From: Candidatus Omnitrophota bacterium
Lineage (GTDB): Bacteria > Omnitrophota > Omnitrophia > Omnitrophales > JACROU01
Length of the DNA stretch: 64,000 nt
Direction: 5' to 3'
Assembly: GCA_029261035.1 (NCBI GenBank)
Contig: JAJDCD010000023.1
Span: 301,126 to 365,125, forward strand
In this document: positions 57,486 through 64,000 of the stretch, in pieces
Layout: every line of letters begins with the position of its first letter
How positions within the stretch are numbered: the first letter of the stretch is position 1
Translations under genes and position numbers: made by a program
Notes under the pieces: generated by a model
What the model was told of the DNA's origin: nothing
Seen by the model: only the letters and a program-made list of their open reading frames with translations
Databases searched by the model: none

Positions 57486-59033
57486 ATGATGAAAAAGAAA
57501 AAAATTGGAAAAATATTTTTGGTAGGTGCTGGACCAGGAAACCCTCAGCTCATTACGGTTTTAGGAAAAGAATTAGTTGAGAAAGCGGATGTGATTATGT
57601 ATGACGCTTTAATTGGTTCTCGTATTTTAGATTGGGCTCGTCCTGATGCGGAAAAAATTTTTGTTGGAAAAGCAAAAGAGCTTCAAGGTGAGAAGGTAAA
57701 AACAGTTTCCCAATCTCGAATTAACCAACTTATGGTTCAGAAAGTAAAGCAAGGGCATCATGTTGTGCGTCTTAAGGGAGGAGATCCTCTTATTTTTGCA
57801 CGTGGAGGGGAAGAAGCAGAGTACCTTGTTGAAAAAGGAGTCTCTGTTGAGATTATTCCAGGAATTACTGCGGCATTAGGCGCTTTTGCTTCTTTAGGTA
57901 TTCCGGTGACTCATAGAGAGTGCGCTTCGGATGTAAGTTTCATTACAGGGCATGAAGACCCAAAAAAAGATGAGTCTCGTTTGGATTATGCTCTTTTGGC
58001 GCAGTTCAAAGGAACGCTTATCTTTTATATGGGTTTAGGACGTTTAAAAGAAATTTGCGCCTCTTTAGTGAGAGAAGGAAAAAACCTGAATACACCTGTA
58101 GTTGTTGTCGAGTGGACGACAACCCCTCTGGAGCGTTGGGTAGATGGGAATTTAAAAACGATTACGAGCCGAGTTAAAAAGGAAAAACTAAAATCACCCT
58201 GCCTTATTCTGGTAGGAGAAGTGATTGCTAGACGTATCCACACACAATTAAAAAAACAAAAACCTTTAATAGGAAAAAGTATTTTGGTAACACGTGCAAA
58301 GACACAGTCAGGCTCTTTACGAGATCGATTAGAAAATTTAGGTGCTCAAATTTTAATGTTGCCTACTATTCGATTCGAAGATCCTTCTTGGACTTCAGTG
58401 GATAAAGCAATAGTGGAGCTTAGTAAAAAACAATATGACTGGGTTATTTTTACAAGTCAAAATGGAGTTGAATTCTTTGATAAACGTTTAGATAAAAAGA
58501 AGAAAGACTGGCGTTTGCTTTCAGGTTCGAAAGTTGCTTGCATTGGAAAAGCGACAGCTAATAGTTTGAAAGAACATGGTGTGCGTGCAGATTTAGTTCC
58601 TAACAAATATGTTGCAGAGGACTTATTTCGCGTGCTTAAACAAAAAGTTTCATTAAAAGAAAAACGCTTTTTACTTTTACGAGGAGATCTTTCTCGGCCT
58701 TATTTGAAAGATGCTTTGAAGAAAGCTGGGGCCTTAGTTAAAGAAGTGGTTGTTTATAAAACAAAACCCGAATCCAGACCCAGCGCAAAATTGGTGAAGC
58801 AATTAAAGGATGGGTTTGTGGATTTTGTGCCTTTTTCTAGTTCTTCCAGTGTTGAAAATCTTTTGGATTTGATTGGAAACAATGGCAAGAAGCCAATTCA
58901 TTCGAAAACAAAAATTATTTCAATTGGACCAATTACATCGAAAACAGTAAAATCAAGAGGTCTAAAGGTTTTTAAGCAAGCTCGTGAGTATTCTATTGAT
59001 GGAGTTGTGGAGGCTATTTTGAGTTGCAAGTAA
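57486..59033 (+). CDS. cobA: Uroporphyrinogen-III C-methyltransferase / synthase fusion (CobA-HemD)
   Basis: VGAGPG, RLKGGDP, PGIT; second half LVTRA, FTSQNGV, FSSSS, SIGPIT. Confidence 0.93.
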   Translation: MMKKKKIGKIFLVGAGPGNPQLITVLGKELVEKADVIMYDALIGSRILDWARPDAEKIFVGKAKELQGEKVKTVSQSRINQLMVQKVKQGHHVVRLKGGDPLIFARGGEEAEYLVEKGVSVEIIPGITAALGAFASLGIPVTHRECASDVSFITGHEDPKKDESRLDYALLAQFKGTLIFYMGLGRLKEICASLVREGKNLNTPVVVVEWTTTPLERWVDGNLKTITSRVKKEKLKSPCLILVGEVIARRIHTQLKKQKPLIGKSILVTRAKTQSGSLRDRLENLGAQILMLPTIRFEDPSWTSVDKAIVELSKKQYDWVIFTSQNGVEFFDKRLDKKKKDWRLLSGSKVACIGKATANSLKEHGVRADLVPNKYVAEDLFRVLKQKVSLKEKRFLLLRGDLSRPYLKDALKKAGALVKEVVVYKTKPESRPSAKLVKQLKDGFVDFVPFSSSSSVENLLDLIGNNGKKPIHSKTKIISIGPITSKTVKSRGLKVFKQAREYSIDGVVEAILSCK

Positions 59034-59070
59034 GGGGTTGCGGGGGAAGTGAGGTTGGGTTGACGGAAAC

Positions 59071-59156
59071 AGAATGTTCTCCGGCGCTCAGACAGCACAA
59101 AAGTGACTGTCACCAGGTTGCGATGCCGCAGACCTTGGTGACTGTCACTTTTGTGA
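59071..59156 (-). other. Three-hairpin element, copy 7 (truncated)
   Basis: agaatgttctccggcgctcagacagcacaaaa[GTGACTGTCAC doublet]ttttgtga; right arm and hairpins 2-3 are missing. Confidence 0.75.
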
Positions 59157-59243
59157 CAATCGTATCTCGCCCAACAAGACGGTGGACAAGCTCAATAGTT
59201 TTGGTAGTGAAGTTTTTTGAGGGTGTTATTTTAGAGGGAGTGT

Positions 59244-59330
59244 TTTATTGGGGGCAGCCTGCCCTTGGTTTAGGGGACACGCACTTTTGACACAGTTGCT
59301 GTGCAACAGTATCAAAAGTCCATGTCCCCG
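59244..59330 (+). repeat. GGGGACA...TGTCCCC repeat, copy 4
   Basis: gcagcctgcccttggtttaggggacacgcacttttg..caaaagtccatgtcccc. Confidence 0.85.
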
Positions 59331-59380
59331 GCTTCGACTTTGATTTTTTTTGGCCCTCAGTTTAAAAAAAGGAGTGTTTT

Positions 59381-59932
59381 ATGAAAAGGTTTTTATCTTA
59401 TTTATTTGTTTCTCTTGTGTGTTTGAGTTTGGTGGGTTGTGCTTCTAAGAAAGAAAAAGTGGTTCAGGAAGTGGAGAAGACGGAGATGATGACCGTTGCT
59501 GTTGTTGAGACAGATAAAGGGTCTTGGACAATGAAGTTTTTTTCAGAGGATGCTCCGAAGACGGTTCAGAATTTTTTAAATTTATCAAAAAAAGGTTTTT
59601 ATGACGGTTTAACTTTTCATCGCGTAGAGAAGTCTCCGCGTCCTTTTGTTATTCAGGGAGGAGACCCTAGTGGAGATGGGAGTGGCGGTCCAGGTTATAC
59701 GATTCCTGCAGAATTTAATGCCCGTCCTCATTTAGAAGGAACGCTTGCCATGGCTCGTACGGAAGATCCTAATAGTGCGGGTTCTCAATTCTATATTTGT
59801 TTGGCCCCTCAACCTCAGTTGAATGGAAAATATACGGTTTTTGGACAACTTGTCTCTGGCCTAGAAAACATCCATAAAATTCAAAAAGGAGACAAGATTA
59901 TTAAGGTAACGATAGAAGAGCGCCCTCTTTAG
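59381..59932 (+). CDS. Cyclophilin-type peptidyl-prolyl isomerase lipoprotein
   Basis: Lipobox LVGC; APKTVQNF, FYDGLTFHRV, QGGDP, LAMART, AGSQFYI, YTVFG. Confidence 0.93.
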   Translation: MKRFLSYLFVSLVCLSLVGCASKKEKVVQEVEKTEMMTVAVVETDKGSWTMKFFSEDAPKTVQNFLNLSKKGFYDGLTFHRVEKSPRPFVIQGGDPSGDGSGGPGYTIPAEFNARPHLEGTLAMARTEDPNSAGSQFYICLAPQPQLNGKYTVFGQLVSGLENIHKIQKGDKIIKVTIEERPL

Positions 59933-59957
59933 ACTAGTTCGAGATTATGACTTTTTG

Positions 59958-59984
59958 GTGTGCCAGGCCTGAGGCCCGGCACAC
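59958..59984. repeat. GTGCCAGGCC palindrome
   Basis: gtgtgccaggcc tga ggcccggcacac. Confidence 0.65.
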
Positions 59985-60140
59985 TGGGTATATGACTTTA
60001 GGGATGCCATATTATAGTTATTAGATATGAATCCAGCACAGCCAATGTGAGCTCTTATGCTGGCTTCTTACCTAACTGCCTGTTATCATTCATATTAGAC
60101 AAAATAACACTTAGCAACTCGTTTAACGAAGAGGTGTGCT

Positions 60141-61823
60141 ATGGGCAGCAGTGTCCCCGAGGAGTTGGATAATACCATCTTTTCGCATACAGGTTCGGAG
60201 AAGCACAAAAAAGGCTTTCGTTTTTCATTCATGCATCGCAAGGACTTTCCTTTATTGATTCTTGCGGCAGGGGTTATTATTACGATAGCTATTTGGGACT
60301 TTTCCAATAAAGTGCGATCGGATGAAATTTTTAAAGAAACACAACATCAAGCGGATCAAGTTCGTTTACTCCTTAATAATGAGTTTCAATCTAAATTAGA
60401 TTTTCTTCCTAACTTTGCTCCACTCATCGCTGATTCTATAGAGGCGTTATCTGCGGACAGTGATAGGTATCTTAGAAATCACTTAAAAAATAATCCTTCG
60501 TTGTTAGGTCTTCAGCTTGTTAATTCAGATCAAAATCGTGTCATTTGGACTTCTGTTCCTTGGAGTAAAGACGCTTCTTATTTTAATCAATTGTTTGCCT
60601 CTCAAATTTACCCTTCAGAAGAATGGGAAACATTAAGCCAGGTTTCAGATAAACAAAATCGCATTGTCATTTCCGAGCCGTTTGCTTTAGGAGGCGGGGA
60701 AGAGATTCGTGTTATTTATTCCACCTATCCTGTTAGAGGGAGTGACGGTAAGCCTATTGCTTATTTGGTTCAGTACATGGACTTCAAGTTAATGCTAAAA
60801 GATTTTTTTGAGAATCAGAATTTAATTTACTACAACTTTTTGATGTCTTACCGCTGGAAGATCCTTTTTTCTAATTTAAAATATTGGAAAGGAGTTAGCG
60901 CGGACCGTCCTTTTAAAGTAACTCGGCAAATTGAGATTGCAGATAAAGATTGGTGGCTTAACTTTTGGCCTAAAGAGCAATATTTGGCAGGGCAAATTCA
61001 ATACGAAATAACAGGAATATTTTTACTTACTATGGGGATTCTCTTTTCTATTTCGACGAGTTTGTTTGCGTGGTCTTTGGTAAACCGTGGAGAGGTGCTG
61101 GAAAAATTAGTTCACCAACGAACAGAACAATTGGAAATGAAAAATGAAGAGTTGGAAAAGTTTATTTATATTGTGTCCCATGATTTAAAAGCCCCCTTGG
61201 TGAGCATTACGGGGTTCACCTCTATATTAGATAAATCCAAACTCATTGAGTCCGAAGAAGAAAGACATTGTCTGGAAAGAATTCACGCAAACACGACACG
61301 GATGCATGAGATGGTTCAAGATTTATTAGAGTTGTCACGCGTTGGACAGGTTGACGAAGTGATTACGGAAGTTGATACAGGGAAAGTGGTGCGAGACATT
61401 AGAGATGAATTTAAGCCTTTGTTTGATCAGAACAGTGTCTCGGTAGGTATGAAGGGCGAGTTTCCAGTGATTCATACGTCTAAGACACGCTTATACCAAC
61501 TGTTTAGCAATTTGATTAATAATGCTATTAAATATATGGGAGACCAGTCCGCTCCGCAAATAGAAATTGGTGTTGCTAAAAATAAAGAGGACTATGAATT
61601 CTATGTTAAAGATAATGGAGTGGGTATCTCAGAAGAAATGAAAGACAAGGTTTTTATGGTTTTTCAACGGGGAGATGAACAGAAAAAGACAGAGGGTACG
61701 GGTGTGGGTTTAAGCATCGTGAAAAAGGTAGTGGAGAATCTTGGCGGAAAAGTCAGGTTAGAATCCGAATTTGGAAGAGGCAGCACTTTTTATTTTTCAA
61801 TCCCAAATAACTTAAATTCTTAG
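60141..61823 (+). CDS. Membrane sensor histidine kinase with periplasmic sensor domain
   Basis: Two TMs; SHDLKAPL H-box; NLINNAIKY, DNGVG, GTGVGL. Confidence 0.92.
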   Translation: MGSSVPEELDNTIFSHTGSEKHKKGFRFSFMHRKDFPLLILAAGVIITIAIWDFSNKVRSDEIFKETQHQADQVRLLLNNEFQSKLDFLPNFAPLIADSIEALSADSDRYLRNHLKNNPSLLGLQLVNSDQNRVIWTSVPWSKDASYFNQLFASQIYPSEEWETLSQVSDKQNRIVISEPFALGGGEEIRVIYSTYPVRGSDGKPIAYLVQYMDFKLMLKDFFENQNLIYYNFLMSYRWKILFSNLKYWKGVSADRPFKVTRQIEIADKDWWLNFWPKEQYLAGQIQYEITGIFLLTMGILFSISTSLFAWSLVNRGEVLEKLVHQRTEQLEMKNEELEKFIYIVSHDLKAPLVSITGFTSILDKSKLIESEEERHCLERIHANTTRMHEMVQDLLELSRVGQVDEVITEVDTGKVVRDIRDEFKPLFDQNSVSVGMKGEFPVIHTSKTRLYQLFSNLINNAIKYMGDQSAPQIEIGVAKNKEDYEFYVKDNGVGISEEMKDKVFMVFQRGDEQKKTEGTGVGLSIVKKVVENLGGKVRLESEFGRGSTFYFSIPNNLNS

Positions 61824-61833
61824 GGAGAAAACT

Positions 61834-63051
61834 TTGGTTACCCCAGCAGTTCAATTACATGCACAGGAAAAAGCAGAAGAGAAGAAGCTTCTTCTTATTG
61901 AAGATAATCCAGACCATGCTTTTTTGGTACGAAAAGCAATTGGAGACTCTTTAAAAAGTCAAATTGTTGAAGTGGGTTCTGGGGAAGATGGGATTGAGAA
62001 AATTAAGACAGAAAAATTTGATTTAATTATTACAGATTTTAATTTACCGGGAATAAATGGACTGCAGGTGTTGGAAGCTATTCAGCAAATGAAAGTGGAT
62101 GTACCTGTGATTATGTTGACAGGACAAGGAGATGAGAAAGTTGCTGTGAATGCAATGCGTGGAGGGGCTTATAATTATGTTGTGAAGGATGACATTTGTT
62201 ATACGATTTTACCTCGAGTTGTGACAGAGACTTTTGTGCGTTATGGAGCGGATAAGGAAAAAATCCGTCTTGAAAAAGAAATTCGAAAAAAATCAGCTGA
62301 GCTTGAAAAGGCAAATGAAGAGCTGAAGAAGTTAGATGAATTGAAGTCGCAATTTATTTCTTCTGTGTCTCATGAATTTAGAAACCCTCTGAACTCAATT
62401 AAGGAAAGCATTGAGTTAATTTTAGATGCTGTCGTTGATCCCAAAACAAAGCAAGGTTTAAGAGTGCTGGATATTGCTAAAAATAGTACAGATCGTTTAA
62501 CGATATTAGTGAACGACCTCTTAGATTTTTCTAAATTAGAAGCAGGAAAAATGAAGATGAATAAAGAGCCTTCAGATTTAAGAAAGGTCATTGAAGACAC
62601 TTTGGATTCTCAGCATAGTTTAGCTAGAAAAAAACAGATCAGCCTCGTTTTTAATAAACCAAAAGAAAAGCTAGTTGTCTTTGTAGATCCTTTAAGAATA
62701 CTTCAGGTGATTAGCAATTTAGTCAATAATGCTATTAAGTTTACTCCGGCAAAGGGAGTGATTACGGTTACATCAGAATTATTTAAAGACCCCTTAGAAC
62801 CTTTTCAAAAAATAAAAGTTACTATTGAGGATACCGGAGAAGGGATTAGTGAAGAGAATATTAGTAAGATTTTTGAGCGGTTTGAACAAATTAAGAGGCC
62901 TCAAAAGGGGGAGTTGGCACACTTACAAGGAACAGGTTTGGGGTTATCCATTTGTCAGGAAATCGTTAAACAACACCAGGGAACGATTTGGGCGGAGAGT
63001 AAATTAGGAGAGGGAAGCCGATTTATGTTTACCTTACCTAAGTATCGATAA
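61834..63051 (+). CDS. Hybrid response regulator / histidine kinase
   Basis: LIEDN..DLIITDF..K receiver; SHEFRNPL; NNAIKF, DTGEG, GTGLGL. Confidence 0.92.
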   Translation: MVTPAVQLHAQEKAEEKKLLLIEDNPDHAFLVRKAIGDSLKSQIVEVGSGEDGIEKIKTEKFDLIITDFNLPGINGLQVLEAIQQMKVDVPVIMLTGQGDEKVAVNAMRGGAYNYVVKDDICYTILPRVVTETFVRYGADKEKIRLEKEIRKKSAELEKANEELKKLDELKSQFISSVSHEFRNPLNSIKESIELILDAVVDPKTKQGLRVLDIAKNSTDRLTILVNDLLDFSKLEAGKMKMNKEPSDLRKVIEDTLDSQHSLARKKQISLVFNKPKEKLVVFVDPLRILQVISNLVNNAIKFTPAKGVITVTSELFKDPLEPFQKIKVTIEDTGEGISEENISKIFERFEQIKRPQKGELAHLQGTGLGLSICQEIVKQHQGTIWAESKLGEGSRFMFTLPKYR

Positions 63052-63074
63052 TAAAATAGGACAAAGGACGAGAG

Positions 63075-63458
63075 ATGAAGAAAAAAATTCTTATTATTGA
63101 TGATGAAGAAGATTTTGCCACTTTGATTTCGATTCGTTTGGTAGAAGCAGGATATGAAGTTTTTAGCGAGTCTGAAGGAGAGCGCGCGATTGATCGAGTT
63201 AAAGAGATCAAGCCTGATCTGATCGTATTGGATATTTTTCTTCTAGGGGTCGATGGGTTAACTTTACTTAAAGAAATGAAAAACGAAGGTATTAATAAAG
63301 TTCCTTTAGAAGACATTCCAATCATTGTTGTTACAGGTAAAGCGGTTTTGATGAACGAGATCTTTGAAGTTGAAGGTTCTGTTGGGTTTTTTAGAAAACC
63401 GTTGGATGTAAAGAAACTAGTAACTCGAGTCGAAGAACTCATTGGTGATAGCCAGTAA
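63075..63458 (+). CDS. Single-domain response regulator
   Basis: ILIIDDE, PDLIVLDI, IIVVT, KP. Confidence 0.92.
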   Translation: MKKKILIIDDEEDFATLISIRLVEAGYEVFSESEGERAIDRVKEIKPDLIVLDIFLLGVDGLTLLKEMKNEGINKVPLEDIPIIVVTGKAVLMNEIFEVEGSVGFFRKPLDVKKLVTRVEELIGDSQ

Positions 63459-63502
63459 AAATAGGCTTATATGGATAGAGTTATTTCAAGGAAGGAAAAT
63501 GC

Positions 63503-63847
63503 GTGGGTATCGAAGAATTTCCAGAAATAGAATCATTTCAAAGACTTCCTAAAAAATTAATTGTTAAAGGTGGGGACTCCACCGTTGATTCAAACCAAGA
63601 TACAACATTTAAAGGTTTGGTTATTAATAATTTAGGCCAATCTGTTAAGGATGTTGTGGTTCATCTTATTGTTTTTGATGAAGATAACATTCCTGTGCTT
63701 CAAGTTTCTGCTAAGCCAGAGCCGGATCGTTTAAGCCAGGGAAATATGGCTTCTTTTAAGGTCAAGATGCAAGGGTTTGCAAAGCCAATTAATAATTATT
63801 ACTTACATTCCCAGTGGAAATATGATGACTCTGAGTGGAGCGTGTGA
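63503..63847 (+). CDS. Hypothetical protein (FxLYD-like beta-sandwich)
   Basis: GLVINN..V.LIVFD..L.QG...F pattern; RBS AAGGAAGG. Confidence 0.5.
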   Translation: MGIEEFPEIESFQRLPKKLIVKGGDSTVDSNQDTTFKGLVINNLGQSVKDVVVHLIVFDEDNIPVLQVSAKPEPDRLSQGNMASFKVKMQGFAKPINNYYLHSQWKYDDSEWSV

Positions 63848-63870
63848 AAAACAGAAAGTTTCAAGCTCTA

Positions 63871-63945
63871 AGATCCTTCGTTTCTTTTTTTATTAACTCA
63901 GGATGACAAGTTGTTATTCTGACCGCCTTTGGCGGAGAAGAATCT
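63871..63945. repeat. Back-to-back GTCAT-family REP halves
   Basis: agatccttcg..ctcaggatgacaa gttgttattctga[ccgcctttggcgg]agaagaatct. Confidence 0.65.
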
Positions 63946-63962
63946 ATGACAAAGGAAATGCC

Positions 63963-64000
63963 ATGGGTAGAAAAATAGTCTTTTTCTTTATTTTAATTAT
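63963..64000 (+). CDS. Start of a probable exported protein, truncated by the window edge
   Basis: AAGGA RBS, then MGRKIVFFFILI. Confidence 0.4.
   Translation, partial: MGRKIVFFFILI

Noticed and set aside
18342-59156. Three-hairpin element as a CRISPR array, integron attC sites or a riboswitch
   Set aside because: Copies are dispersed, not tandem with spacers, and there are no cas or intI genes. I found no consistent RYYYAAC/GTTRRRY ends. Position and orientation are unrelated to downstream gene function.

Overview
Bacterial chromosomal window, AT-rich, with most genes on the + strand. The gene content suggests a PVC-superphylum organism such as Candidatus Omnitrophota; this is inference only. 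It holds about 50 mostly housekeeping CDSs (rlmD, pepP, fabI, ispH, pdaD/speB, hflKC, pabB, purH, folC, mnmE, recQ, folD, panB, hem cluster, two-component genes). I saw no rRNA, tRNA, CRISPR array or transposase. Three things are not explained by the gene list. (1) A ~180-220 nt intergenic element with three hairpins occurs six times in full and once truncated, always in the same orientation. Its stems differ in sequence but still pair, its loop motifs are almost invariant (GCTCAGACA/AACTCGC, CATCGAG, TGTGT) and the spacing is conserved. (2) Two giant paralogous proteins with signal peptides share an N-terminal HxQ[DE]AH...EGAxG...RD...GGFH domain and a C-terminal AQAA. Between these, unrelated cargo domains (kinase-like, DEDDh exonuclease, RpoA-CTD-like, degenerate receivers) are separated by recurring [AG]-x-S-L-G linkers. 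(3) Several families of small palindromic repeats are nested in one another, one sits in-frame inside a gene, and strong strand-specific compositional halos surround the elements.
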